Assembly: GCA_963720755.1 (NCBI GenBank)
Contig: CAVRGP010000015.1
Coordinates: 128,001 to 192,000 of the forward strand
DNA from: an uncultured Chloroflexia bacterium
GTDB taxonomy: Bacteria; Chloroflexota; Limnocylindria; Limnocylindrales; CSP1-4
Direction: 5' to 3'
Length of the DNA stretch: 64,000 nt
The notes beneath the pieces were generated by a model, which was not told the origin of the DNA, did no database searches, and saw only the letters and a program-made list of their open reading frames with translations. A program made the position numbers and the translations under genes. Shown one piece after another: positions 13,196-22,825 of the stretch (the first letter of the stretch is position 1; every line of letters begins with the position of its first letter).

Positions 13196-13221
13196 TCACC
13201 CGTCGTGTCGTTCGGAGAATC

Positions 13222-13254
13222 AAAAAGGCCGCAGCTCCACTTGGAACTGCAGCC
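13222..13254 (-). terminator. intrinsic terminator (attenuator) in the metY leader
   Basis: Minus strand GGCTGCAGTTCC-AAGT-GGAGCTGCGGCC followed by TTTTT. Confidence 0.85.
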
Positions 13255-13303
13255 CCGGGACCTCGTCTGTGGTCCCGCGCCCTGTGTCAGGTGCCGCGTG
13301 ACC

Positions 13304-13375
13304 TCAGACCCCATCCTCCGCACGGCGGGGCCGCCAACGCATACACATGTTCCAGGAGACTTGGGTGTGGGTCAC
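13304..13375 (-). CDS. putative leader peptide MTHTQVSWNMCMRWRPRRAEDGV (Met/Cys attenuator)
   Basis: GTG...TGA, 24 codons, 9 nt after a -10 box; ATG-TGT-ATG at 13340-13348; precedes the terminator and metY. Confidence 0.65.
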   Translation of the reverse strand: MTHTQVSWNMCMRWRPRRAEDGV

Positions 13376-13384
13376 GGTCCGCGC

Positions 13385-13413
13385 ATGGTCGCCGAAGATC
13401 GGATCTGCGTCAA
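13385..13413 (-). promoter_or_regulatory. sigma70-type promoter for the metY leader
   Basis: TTGACG-17 nt-GACCAT on the minus strand. Confidence 0.6.
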
Positions 13414-13485
13414 TGGGCGCGACCGAATCGCAACCAACGACCGGGCGTCCTACGATGAGCGGGACCGATCGAACGAGGAGCACCG

Positions 13486-14487
13486 ATGACCGCCATCCCG
13501 CCGACCTTTCGCGCCTTCACCGCCAGGAAGACCGACGACCAGTTCGACCGTGGCGTCGTCGACTTCCATGAAGCGGACCTGCCCCCTGGCGAGGTCGAGA
13601 TCAAGGTCGGGTGGTCGAGCGTCAACTACAAGGACGGTCTGGCCACCCGGATCGACGGCAAGGTCGCCCGGATCAACCCGCTCATCCCGGGGATCGATCT
13701 TGCAGGCGAGGTGGTGTCGTCGACGGACCCATCGATCGAGGTGGGATCGACGGTGCTGTCGCACGGTTACGAACTCGGTGTCTCGCGTCACGGTGGGTAT
13801 GCGGCGTATCAGCGGGTGCCCGCCGAGTGGGTCGTGCCGCTCGCGCCCACGCTTTCCGCCCGGGATGCGATGGCCATCGGGACAGCCGGTTTCACCGCGG
13901 CGATGTCCGTCGTGGCGCTGGAGGAGCGTGGACTGGAACCAGGGTCCGGTCCCGTCCTCGTGACCGGAGCGTCCGGAGGCGTCGGCGGGACGGCCGTTGC
14001 GATCCTGGCCGATCGAGGCTATGAAGTGTGGGCTGCGACCGGGAAATCCGACGAGGCCGGTCGCCTCCGCAATCTCGGTGCGGCCGGGATCCTGACGCGC
14101 GACGAGGTGACCGCCGAGGGACGTCCGCTCGATCCGGAACGGTGGGCCGGCGCGGTGGACGCGGTCGGCGCCGCCACGCTGCCCTACGTGCTCCGGTCGC
14201 TCCGCGTCGGTGCGGCGGTCGCTGCATCGGGGAATGCGAGCGGGGTGAAGCTGGAGACGACGGTCTTCCCGTTCATCCTCCGGGGCGTCGCCCTGTTGGG
14301 GATGGATTCGGTCAACGTCGAGATCGGGCGTCGGAGGATGCTGTGGGATCGACTCGCGACCGACCTGCGCCCACGCGACCTGGGTGCGTACTGCACCGAA
14401 GTGACCCTTGAAACATTGCCCGAAGCGCTCGACGCGATCCTCGCCGGGGCGGCCCGAGGTCGCTGGATCGTCCGGGTCGGGGAGTAG
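13486..14487 (+). CDS. acuI: YhdH/AcuI family NADPH oxidoreductase (acryloyl-CoA reductase-like)
   Basis: SSVNYKD, PGIDLAG, GTAGFTA, VTGASGGVG, PFILRGV motifs. Confidence 0.85.
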   Translation: MTAIPPTFRAFTARKTDDQFDRGVVDFHEADLPPGEVEIKVGWSSVNYKDGLATRIDGKVARINPLIPGIDLAGEVVSSTDPSIEVGSTVLSHGYELGVSRHGGYAAYQRVPAEWVVPLAPTLSARDAMAIGTAGFTAAMSVVALEERGLEPGSGPVLVTGASGGVGGTAVAILADRGYEVWAATGKSDEAGRLRNLGAAGILTRDEVTAEGRPLDPERWAGAVDAVGAATLPYVLRSLRVGAAVAASGNASGVKLETTVFPFILRGVALLGMDSVNVEIGRRRMLWDRLATDLRPRDLGAYCTEVTLETLPEALDAILAGAARGRWIVRVGE

Positions 14488-14517
14488 GCGCGAAGCCGGG
14501 TCGGCGCCCGGGACCGG

Positions 14518-15333
14518 TTACACGATCTCGCCGCGGAGCTGGCTGATGGCGCGCAGGAGCGGGCGTTTCACCTGCTCCGGCGGGTAGTCGGGGAACGGCG
14601 TTTCGGCCAGGGCGTCGTCGACCGTCAGCTCACCGGCCTGGACACGTCGTGCCAGGCTTGCCAGCCCGGCGATCGCCGCGGCCTGGGCTTCGGCGAACGC
14701 CAGGTCGGCATGGTCTCCGTGACCAGGGACGACGACGTTGTCGACCATCTCGGCGACTCGGAAGGCGGTCTCCGGCCAGTCGATCGGGTAACCGTCGCCG
14801 AAGTACGGGACGTTGCCGCTCTCGAGCAGGTCGCCTACGAACAGGACTCCCGCGCCGGGCACCCGGACCACGATGTCATGGTCGGTGTGGCCGCGCCCCA
14901 GGAACCGCAACTCGACCCGACGCCCGCCAACGTCGATGTAGGCGGTTTCCGAGAACGTCCGGTCGGGTGGATCGATCACCACCTCCGGCAGATCGGCCGC
15001 GAGTTCCGGCTCGGTGGCGGCGATGTTCGCCCGGCGCGCCTCGCCCGTCCTGGCGATGAAATCGACGCAGCGTTCGTGGCCCCAGATCTGCGCAGGTCGG
15101 AAGACGTGGTTGCCATAGACGTGGTCGAAGTGACCGTGGGTATCCACGACGACCGACACCGGCGCCGACGTCAGATGTCGGAGATCGGACAGGATCTCCC
15201 GGGCCTGGACATGGGTCGAGCGCGTGTCGATCACCATGGCTTCGCCGTCACCGAGGACGAGGCCGATATTCTGGTCGTAGAACTCGTAGCGCCGCACGTA
15301 GACGCGATCGCCGATCTCCTCCCAGCCGGACAT
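14518..15333 (-). CDS. MBL-fold metallo-hydrolase
   Basis: THGHFDH, GHT, GDL, PGHG motifs; leaderless start TACCAT-6 nt-ATG. Confidence 0.9.
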   Translation of the reverse strand: MSGWEEIGDRVYVRRYEFYDQNIGLVLGDGEAMVIDTRSTHVQAREILSDLRHLTSAPVSVVVDTHGHFDHVYGNHVFRPAQIWGHERCVDFIARTGEARRANIAATEPELAADLPEVVIDPPDRTFSETAYIDVGGRRVELRFLGRGHTDHDIVVRVPGAGVLFVGDLLESGNVPYFGDGYPIDWPETAFRVAEMVDNVVVPGHGDHADLAFAEAQAAAIAGLASLARRVQAGELTVDDALAETPFPDYPPEQVKRPLLRAISQLRGEIV

Positions 15334-15370
15334 GCCGGCATGGTAGCGGTCGTCACCCCGCGGACGCATC

Positions 15371-15399
15371 TTGACAAACTACTTAGTGGTCACTAAGTT
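15371..15399 (+). promoter_or_regulatory. promoter with overlapping palindromic TetR operator
   Basis: TTGACA-17 nt-TAAGTT; palindrome ACTTAGTG-GT-CACTAAGT at 15381-15398. Confidence 0.8.
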
Positions 15400-15405
15400 A
15401 TCCCC

Positions 15406-16002
15406 ATGAACGCCGCATCCACGACCAGTCCCTCCCGCCATACCGCCGACGAGCGGCGCGACGAGATCATCGCCGCGGCGCTCCACGCCTTCGCGGAGGG
15501 TGGCTATACCGGGACGTCCACCGAATCGATCGCGCAGGCCGTCGGAGTGTCCCAGCCATACATCTTCCAGTTGTTCGGGACGAAGCGGGCCCTGTTTCTC
15601 GCGGTCGTCCGCCACGGATTCCAGCGGACCCGATCGGTGTTCCATGAGGCTGTCCGACGCCGACCAGGCGACGACCAGACCTGCAGCGTCCTGGAGTTGA
15701 TGGGCCACGCATATATGCGCCTTCTGTCGGACCAGGACCTGCTCCGCGTCCAGCTCCAGGCCTATGCCGCATGCGGGGACGATGACGTTCGTCAGATCGT
15801 CCGCGAGGAATTCGCCGCCATGTACATCGCCGTGAAGCACGACAGCGGCGCATCCAACGAGGAGATCCACCATTTCTTCGCGGAGGGGATGCTGCTCAAC
15901 GTCGCGGCCGCGCTCGAACTCGGTGGCGCGCCGGAGACCTGGTCGCTCAGCGGGTTGCTCGCGAAAGAAGGGCTCACCAAGCCGTCCGAAGGTGCCGCCT
16001 GA
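15406..16002 (+). CDS. TetR/AcrR family transcriptional regulator
   Basis: N-terminal HTH (FAEGGYTGTSTESIAQAVGVSQPYIFQLFGTK). Confidence 0.93.
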   Translation: MNAASTTSPSRHTADERRDEIIAAALHAFAEGGYTGTSTESIAQAVGVSQPYIFQLFGTKRALFLAVVRHGFQRTRSVFHEAVRRRPGDDQTCSVLELMGHAYMRLLSDQDLLRVQLQAYAACGDDDVRQIVREEFAAMYIAVKHDSGASNEEIHHFFAEGMLLNVAAALELGGAPETWSLSGLLAKEGLTKPSEGAA

Positions 16003-16036
16003 GTCCATCGATCGGTCGTTTCTTTTTGCCCACAGT

Positions 16037-16053
16037 ACTTAGTGACCACTAAC
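16037..16053 (+). promoter_or_regulatory. second copy of the TetR operator upstream of the MFS gene
   Basis: ACTTAGTGACCACTAAC, near-identical to the reverse complement of the 15381 palindrome. Confidence 0.75.
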
Positions 16054-16073
16054 TCAGCAAGGAAGGATGCCCG

Positions 16074-17513
16074 ATGACCCGCACTCGATCGAACGCACTC
16101 TGGACCTTCGTCGTGACCTCCATGGCGCTATTCATGGTCGCCCTCGACAATCTCGTCGTGACGACCGCCTTGCCGGTCATCAAGGCCGACCTCGGTGCCT
16201 CGCTGGCCGACCTGCAGTGGATGGTCAACGCCTACACCCTGACCTTCGCCGTGCTGCTCATCACCGGGGCCGCCCTCGGCGACCGGTTCGGCCGCAAGCG
16301 CGTCTTCCTGATCGGCATGGGGATCTTCATCGGGGGATCGGCGCTGGCTGCTCTTGCGCCTTCGACCGACATCCTCATCCTGGCCCGGGCGATCCAGGGC
16401 GTCGGCGGCGCGATCGTGACGCCGCTGACCCTGACCATCCTGTCGGCGGCGATGCCACCCGAGCGACGGGCGGTCGCCCTGGGCGCCTGGGGCGGTATCG
16501 CCGGCCTTGCGATCGCGATCGGACCGGTCGTCGGCGGCGCCATCGCCGAGGGCCTCGACTGGCACTGGATCTTCTGGCTCAACGTCCCGATCGGACTCGT
16601 CGTGTTGCCGCTGGCAGCTCGTCGGCTGACCGAGACCTACGGACCGGAAGGGCGCCTCGATATCCCCGGTCTCGGCCTCATCAGCGTCGGGCTTCTCGCC
16701 CTCGTCTGGGGTGTCATCAACGGCAACGATCTTGGATGGGGCAGCCCGCAGGTCGCCGGCGCCATCGCGGCCGGCATCTCCCTCCTCCTCGCCTTTGTCG
16801 CGTGGGAAGCTCGTCAGGTCCAACCGATGCTGCCGCTGGGCTTCTTCAGGAGCCGCGCCTTCAGCGCTGCCAATGCCGTGTCGCTGCTGATGTACTTCGG
16901 GATGTTCGGATCTGTCTTCCTGCTCAGCCAGTTCTTCCAGGTCGCCCAGGGGTACAGCCCGTTCCAGGCCGGTCTGCGAACCCTGCCGTGGACGGGGATG
17001 CCGATCGTCGTAGCACCGCTAGCCGGCATCCTGGCCGACCGGATCGGCGGGCGACCCATCCTGGCGGCCGGCATGGCCCTCCAGGCGGTCGCGCTGGGAT
17101 GGCTGGCCGCCGTCGTCACCCCGACCGTTCCGTACGAGGCGCTCGTCATCCCGTTCGTGCTCGCCGGGATCGGCATGGGTCTCTTCTTCGCTCCGATCGC
17201 CAACGTCGTCCTGTCGGCCGTCCGGCCGGAGGAAGAAGGCAAGGCTTCCGGTGCGACGAACACGATCCGCGAGGTCGGCGGGGTCTTCGGCGTCGCCGTC
17301 CTGGCCGCGGTCTTCAGCGCCAATGGCGACTACGCGACCCCGAGCGCGTATGTGGCCGGCCTTCAGCCCGCCATCGCGATCGGTGCGATCGTGGTGGGCT
17401 TCGGTGCGGTCGCCGCCCTGTTCATCCCGGCGCGGGCCGGGGCCAGGGCGGTCATGACGAGCCGTGATGACGAGCCAGTCGTGACCTCTTCTCCCCTGGG
17501 AGAACCTGCCTAG
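16074..17513 (+). CDS. DHA2 (EmrB/QacA) MFS efflux transporter
   Basis: LDNLVVTTALP, GDRFGRKR motif A, WIFWLNVPIG; about 14 hydrophobic segments. Confidence 0.93.
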   Translation: MTRTRSNALWTFVVTSMALFMVALDNLVVTTALPVIKADLGASLADLQWMVNAYTLTFAVLLITGAALGDRFGRKRVFLIGMGIFIGGSALAALAPSTDILILARAIQGVGGAIVTPLTLTILSAAMPPERRAVALGAWGGIAGLAIAIGPVVGGAIAEGLDWHWIFWLNVPIGLVVLPLAARRLTETYGPEGRLDIPGLGLISVGLLALVWGVINGNDLGWGSPQVAGAIAAGISLLLAFVAWEARQVQPMLPLGFFRSRAFSAANAVSLLMYFGMFGSVFLLSQFFQVAQGYSPFQAGLRTLPWTGMPIVVAPLAGILADRIGGRPILAAGMALQAVALGWLAAVVTPTVPYEALVIPFVLAGIGMGLFFAPIANVVLSAVRPEEEGKASGATNTIREVGGVFGVAVLAAVFSANGDYATPSAYVAGLQPAIAIGAIVVGFGAVAALFIPARAGARAVMTSRDDEPVVTSSPLGEPA

Positions 17514-17574
17514 GCAGGGGCTCCCTGTCGGGATCGCAGGGTACGCGGCCAACGGGTTCGCGTACCCTGCCGTC

Positions 17575-18435
17575 ATGGCATCGATCGTCAGCCACGTCCG
17601 ATCCGGGGATGGCACCGACCTGCTCGTCCGTCACTGGCCGCCGGCCGGGGCCGGGACCGGAGTCGACCGCGTCGGCGGGGCCTGGGCCACGGTCCTGATC
17701 CTCCACGGCCTTGGTGAGCACTCTGGCCGGTACGAGGCCGTCGGCGCCCAGCTCGCCGGCGCCGGCCTGGATGTCACCGCCTACGACCAGCGAGGCATGG
17801 GTGGATCTGGCGGTCGACCGGGCGACGTCGACCGGTGGTCGCGCTACCACGACGACCTCGGGGAACGGCTGGCGGCCGTGCGGTCCGACGGCGCCGGACG
17901 TCCGGTCGCGATCTACGGGCACTCGGTCGGTGGACTCATCGCGGCCGGCTACCTGCTGTCCGAACGGCCGAAGCCGGACCTCGCCGTCCTGACCGCTCCG
18001 GCCCTGGATTCGACGATCCCGGGATGGAAACAGCGCCTGGCCGTCATCGTCGCCCGGTTTGCGCCGACGTTCCCGATCTCGAACGGGATACCGGGAGAAG
18101 CACGGTCGCGCGATCCGGAGGTCGATGCGAAGACGCTGGACGATCCGCTCTGCCTCAAGTCCAGCACGGCTCGATTCGGTGCGGAAGCGATCGCCGAGCA
18201 GAGGCGGGTCATGGCCACGGTCGGCGCCGGTTTCGGTATCCCGACGCTCGTCCTTCATGGCGAGGATGACCCGCTCATCCCGGTCGAGTCGTCCGAGGTC
18301 CTTGGCACGGCCCCGATGGTCGAGCGCCGGACCTATCCGGGCCTCCGCCATGAACTCCACAACGAGCCGGAAGGCTCAGCCGTCGAGGCCGAGATCGTGG
18401 CCTGGCTGCGGGAGCGTGCTACGCTGCAGGCGTAA
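17575..18435 (+). CDS. alpha/beta hydrolase, lysophospholipase-like
   Basis: HGLGEHSGRY, DQRGMG, GHSVG, HGEDD, HELHNE. Confidence 0.9.
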   Translation: MASIVSHVRSGDGTDLLVRHWPPAGAGTGVDRVGGAWATVLILHGLGEHSGRYEAVGAQLAGAGLDVTAYDQRGMGGSGGRPGDVDRWSRYHDDLGERLAAVRSDGAGRPVAIYGHSVGGLIAAGYLLSERPKPDLAVLTAPALDSTIPGWKQRLAVIVARFAPTFPISNGIPGEARSRDPEVDAKTLDDPLCLKSSTARFGAEAIAEQRRVMATVGAGFGIPTLVLHGEDDPLIPVESSEVLGTAPMVERRTYPGLRHELHNEPEGSAVEAEIVAWLRERATLQA

Positions 18436-18445
18436 CCCGAACATC

Positions 18446-18536
18446 GCCTCCGGGGAGCGCATCGAGCGCTGAGAGTGTGGCCGGCGCCACAGACCCGCGG
18501 AACCTGATCCGGTTCGTACCGGCGAAGGAAGCAGGC
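18446..18536 (+). ncRNA. TPP riboswitch
   Basis: GGGGAGC..GCTGAGAG..AGACCC..GAACCTGATCCGGTTCGTACCGGCGAAGGAAG matches THI-box consensus; upstream of an ECF transporter. Confidence 0.93.
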
Positions 18537-18609
18537 CCGTCGAACCGTTCGACATCGTCCCCGATCGATCAGGCGGTGCTCGTCGGCTCGAGCGGAGGAT
18601 CACGGGACG

Positions 18610-19194
18610 ATGGCAACCACCACCACCAGCGACCCCGCGTCGGCGGTCGTGCCGGATACCCGATGGCGGACCCGCGACATCGTCGTGGCGGCGGTGATCG
18701 GGGTCGCCTTCGGGGTCGCCTTCGTCATCGTCGGCGGCATCTGGAAGGGCCTGGAGGTCCTCGGCCCCCTCCAGAATCTGTTCTACGGGATCTGGCTGCT
18801 GCCGGCGATCGTCGCACCGCTCATCATCCGCAAGCCGGGCGCCGCCCTGTTCGCCGAGATGGTGGCGGCGGGCCTGTCCTCGATCCTCGGCAGCGCCTGG
18901 GGCGTCGATACGCTTCTGTCAGGTTTCGTCCAGGGGGCGGCCGCGGAACTGGTCTTCGCCTTCACGCTGTACCGATCCTGGAACATGGCGGTCCTGGCCA
19001 TCGCCGGTCTGGCCAGCGCGGCTGCCGCCTACATCCACGATGTCGTGGTCTGGTACCAGGGATATGCCACGGACGTCCTGGTCGTCATCGCGATCTCCAT
19101 GGCGATCTCCGGCCTGGTGGTCGTGCCGATCCTGTCGGTCGCGCTCGTTCGAGCGATGCGCTCGACGGGCGTCCTGGATGGTTTCCCGACCTGA
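18610..19194 (+). CDS. ykoE: ECF transporter S component (thiamine/HMP, YkoE-like)
   Basis: WRTRDIVV, IIRKPGAALFAE, QGAAAEL; under the TPP riboswitch. Confidence 0.85.
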   Translation: MATTTTSDPASAVVPDTRWRTRDIVVAAVIGVAFGVAFVIVGGIWKGLEVLGPLQNLFYGIWLLPAIVAPLIIRKPGAALFAEMVAAGLSSILGSAWGVDTLLSGFVQGAAAELVFAFTLYRSWNMAVLAIAGLASAAAAYIHDVVVWYQGYATDVLVVIAISMAISGLVVVPILSVALVRAMRSTGVLDGFPT

Positions 19195-19211
19195 GCGGCC
19201 CGGTCGCCCGG

Positions 19212-20684
19212 ATGGACCAGCCGGCAGCGATCCATGCCCACGACTTCGGGTATCGGTACGCAGGAAGCTCGTCTGCGGCCCTTGCCGGTGTCGATCTCGA
19301 TGTGCCGGCAGGGGCGTGCCTCCTCGTCGTCGGACCGTCCGGATCCGGCAAGAGCACCTTCGGATTGGCGCTCTCGGGGCTGATCCCCCGCGAGATCCCG
19401 GGGCACTGGACAGGGTCGCTGACGGTGGATGGCGTGGAGACGCGATCGTTCGACCCTGGCGCCCTGGCCGCGCGGGTCGGCCTTGTCTTCCAGGATCCAT
19501 CGCGCCAGATCGTCATGGATCGGGTCGGGGACGATACCGCCTTCGGGCTCGAGAACCGCGCCTGGACACCCGCGGAGATGCACCGACGCGTGCCCGAGGC
19601 ACTGACCGCGGTCGGACTGGCCGGGCAGGATCGCCGCTTTGCCCGAGCCCTGTCCGGTGGCCAGCAGCAGCGCCTCGCGCTGGCCGGCGTGTTGGCCGCG
19701 CGACCGGGGGTCCTCGTCCTCGACGAGCCGACCGCCAATCTCGATCCCGGCGGGGTGGCCGCGTTCGACGCGCGGCTGCGCGAGATCAGGACCGCTCGGA
19801 CCACGACGATCGTCCTCGTCGAACATCGGGCTGCCGTGGCCTGGCCAGCGGCGGACCTCGTCCTGGCCCTGGGGCGTGACGGGCGGCCGATCGCCGCAGG
19901 CCCGCCGACCGACATCCTGTCTCGCCATCGGGACCGCCTGGTGACGGAAGGAATCTGGCTGCCCGATTCGGACAGGCCGAGACCCGGTCGGCGGTTCGAC
20001 GGCGGTTCGGGCACTGACACCGGATCGGGAACGGACGACGTCCTGCGGGCGACCGGCGTCGTCTATGGCTATGCGCGCGAGGCGCCCGTCATCCGTGGGA
20101 TCGACCTGGTCGTTCGACGAGGGGAGCGCCTTGCTCTTGTCGGCCCCAACGGTGGCGGCAAGTCCACCCTCGCCCGGTTGCTCGTGGGCCTGCTTCGCCC
20201 GGACATGGGAGCGGTCCGACTGCTTGGCCGCGATCCGTCCAGGAGTCCCGGACCCGAGTTCGCCGACCTGGTCGGCTTCGTCTTCCAGGAACCGGAGCGA
20301 CAGTTCCTGACGAACCGGGTCCGCGACGAGATCGAACTCGGTCTGGATGCGGAGCGGGTCACCGGGGCGGAGGCGTTCATGGACAGGATCGGCCTGCCAC
20401 TCACGAGGTTCGGCGACCGCAGCCCGTATCGGCTGTCCGGTGGTGAGCAGCGACGGTTGTCCCTTGCCACGGCGCTCATCCGGCGACCGCGGGTGCTCGT
20501 CCTCGATGAACCCACGTTCGGCCAGGATCGACACGGGTACGAAACGCTGCTGGCCATCCTTCACGAGCACATCGCCGATGGGACAAGCCTCGTGCTGGCG
20601 ACCCACGACGAGCACCTGGTCGCCGAAGTGGCCGATCGCGTCGTGCGCCTGGAGGACGGGTTGCTCAGCGAGGACGGACGATGA
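19212..20684 (+). CDS. ykoD: ECF transporter duplicated ATPase
   Basis: Two ABC cassettes: GPSGSGKST/LSGGQ/DEP and GPNGGGKST/LSGGE/DEP. Confidence 0.88.
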   Translation: MDQPAAIHAHDFGYRYAGSSSAALAGVDLDVPAGACLLVVGPSGSGKSTFGLALSGLIPREIPGHWTGSLTVDGVETRSFDPGALAARVGLVFQDPSRQIVMDRVGDDTAFGLENRAWTPAEMHRRVPEALTAVGLAGQDRRFARALSGGQQQRLALAGVLAARPGVLVLDEPTANLDPGGVAAFDARLREIRTARTTTIVLVEHRAAVAWPAADLVLALGRDGRPIAAGPPTDILSRHRDRLVTEGIWLPDSDRPRPGRRFDGGSGTDTGSGTDDVLRATGVVYGYAREAPVIRGIDLVVRRGERLALVGPNGGGKSTLARLLVGLLRPDMGAVRLLGRDPSRSPGPEFADLVGFVFQEPERQFLTNRVRDEIELGLDAERVTGAEAFMDRIGLPLTRFGDRSPYRLSGGEQRRLSLATALIRRPRVLVLDEPTFGQDRHGYETLLAILHEHIADGTSLVLATHDEHLVAEVADRVVRLEDGLLSEDGR

Positions 20685-21442
20685 TCGTCCCCCCGACGCT
20701 GCGTGACGCGCAGCTGGCGAGTCCGCTCGGGCGGGTCAGTCCACTCGTCAAGCTGGGTGTCGCGATCGGCTGGTTGATCGGCCTCGCGTTCACGACCGCG
20801 TCCGGCCCGCCGCTGTTCATCGCCGCGGTCGCCATCCTGTCCGGGATCGCCTTCGGACGGATCCCGATCGCGACCTTCGCCCGGGCGCTGCTGCCGCTGT
20901 GGACCATCGCCGCGGTGGTGGTCGTGGGCAACATCGTGTTCGGAGCCGCGAACACCGACCCGACGGCCGACGTCGTTGCCATGATCGGCCCGCTCCGGAT
21001 CACGACCGCTGCCGTGGCGACCGCGACGGCGCTGGGACTGCGGGTCGTGGCGATCGCGTCGGTCGGAGCGGTCTTCGCTCTGACCACCGAGCCGACCCGG
21101 CTCGTCGACGCACTCGTCCAGCAGGCACACGTCTCGCCCCGGTTCGCCTATGGCGCCCTGGCCGCGTACCAGGCGATCCCACGGTTCGGCGACGACTTCG
21201 TGGCCCTGCGGGATGCTCGTCGGCTTCGCGGGCTGCGCTGGAGCTGGCATCCGCGGCTGCTGGTCAGCCTCCTGGTCCTGGCTGTCCGTCACGGGGATCG
21301 CGTGGCGCTGGCGATGGATGCCCGCGCATTCGGGTCGGGGCCGCGGACACGCTATCGGACGGTCCGGTGGGGTGGGCTTGACCTCGCCACCGTGATGGCA
21401 GCCGTCGTCATCATGGTCATCGCGCTCGGGATCGGAGCCTGA
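20681..21442 (+). CDS. ykoC: ECF transporter T component
   Basis: Hydrophobic protein with RLRG and MDARAF coupling motifs; ATGA overlap with the ATPase gene. Confidence 0.85.
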   Translation: MIVPPTLRDAQLASPLGRVSPLVKLGVAIGWLIGLAFTTASGPPLFIAAVAILSGIAFGRIPIATFARALLPLWTIAAVVVVGNIVFGAANTDPTADVVAMIGPLRITTAAVATATALGLRVVAIASVGAVFALTTEPTRLVDALVQQAHVSPRFAYGALAAYQAIPRFGDDFVALRDARRLRGLRWSWHPRLLVSLLVLAVRHGDRVALAMDARAFGSGPRTRYRTVRWGGLDLATVMAAVVIMVIALGIGA

Positions 21443-21508
21443 GCGCGGCGCTCGTTCCCAGTGCGATGATCGGTCCCTGCGGGCGAGCGATCCGGGTCCG
21501 ATGGGAGG

Positions 21509-22825
21509 TTGTCGGTGAGCGACGGACGGACGGTCATCTTCTTTCCCGAGGGCGCCTATGGCCCGACCAACAATTGCGTCGGGATCGGTCGCGTGCTTCA
21601 GGCCCGCGGCCATCGTGTCGTGTTCATCGTGGAGGAGTCGTTCGCCGGGACGCTCGAAGCCCAGGGTTTCGAGGAGCGACGGATGCGCCTCGGGCCGCCA
21701 CCCGAAGAGCCTGAGGTCCCCGGCCAGTTCTGGATCGACTTCATCCGCGAGACGGCGCCCGTCTTTCGGAAGCCGACGATCGACCAGCTCGGCGAGTTCA
21801 TCGCGCCGACATTCCAGGCCTTGATCGATGGGGCCAAGTTCGTCCATCCGCGCTTGCTCGAGATCTTCGACGAGCTCGATCCGGACGTCATCGTCGAGGA
21901 CAATGTCGTCGGTTTTCCGGCCCTCGCCGGTTCCGGGCGGCCGTGGGTCCGCATCGTTTCGTGCAACCCGGCCGAGATCAAGGACGAGGCGATCCCGCCG
22001 TTCTCCTCTGGCTACTCCGCGGCCGACCCGACCGACTGGCCGGACTTCCTCGCCGAAGTCCGGGCCACGCATGCCGGCATGTGGGCGGACTTCGATGCGT
22101 TCTGTCGTGAGCGTGGCGACGAGGGCCTGCGTTATGGCCCGCTCGGGCCTGACTTCGTCCCGGAGTCGCCCTGGTTGAACCTGTACAGCTACCCGATCGA
22201 GGTCGACTACACGCGGACCATCTCTCTCGGACCGACCTGGCATCGGCTGGATTCCACCGTTCGGACGACCGACGAGACCTGGGAGCTGCCGGCCGACCTG
22301 TCCGCCGGCGAAGGCGCGCTGATCTACCTGTCCCTGGGCAGTCTTGGGTCGGCCGATGTCGCCCTCATGCAGCATCTGGTCGACGTGCTGGCCACGACCC
22401 AGCATCGGATCATCGTGTCCAAAGGTCCGCTCGCCGACGAGATCCGCCTGCACGACAACCAGACCGGCGAGGGCTTCCTGCCCCAACCGGCGATCCTGCC
22501 GATGGCCGACCTGGTGATCACCCATGGCGGACACAACACCGTGACCGAGGCCCTCCATCACGGGAAGCCGATGGTCGTCCTGCCGCTGTTCTGGGACCAG
22601 GTCGACAACGCCCAGCGGATCCAGCAGACGGGGTTCGGGCGGCGGTTGGCGACCTACGACTTCGCCGATCACGAACTGACCGATGCGATCGACGGGCTTC
22701 TCGGCGACCAGGCGCTGGGGCGGCGCCTGTCCACGATGTCCGCCCGGATCAAGGCGGAGCCGGGGACGGTTCGCGCGGCCGATTTGATCGAGCGAGTCGC
22801 CGTGACCGGGGCTCCGGTCCGCTGA
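21509..22825 (+). CDS. GT1/MGT-family glycosyltransferase
   Basis: YLSLGS, FLPQPAIL...LVITHGGHNT..EAL..GKPMVVLPLFWDQ (UDP-sugar binding box). Confidence 0.9.
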   Translation: MSVSDGRTVIFFPEGAYGPTNNCVGIGRVLQARGHRVVFIVEESFAGTLEAQGFEERRMRLGPPPEEPEVPGQFWIDFIRETAPVFRKPTIDQLGEFIAPTFQALIDGAKFVHPRLLEIFDELDPDVIVEDNVVGFPALAGSGRPWVRIVSCNPAEIKDEAIPPFSSGYSAADPTDWPDFLAEVRATHAGMWADFDAFCRERGDEGLRYGPLGPDFVPESPWLNLYSYPIEVDYTRTISLGPTWHRLDSTVRTTDETWELPADLSAGEGALIYLSLGSLGSADVALMQHLVDVLATTQHRIIVSKGPLADEIRLHDNQTGEGFLPQPAILPMADLVITHGGHNTVTEALHHGKPMVVLPLFWDQVDNAQRIQQTGFGRRLATYDFADHELTDAIDGLLGDQALGRRLSTMSARIKAEPGTVRAADLIERVAVTGAPVR

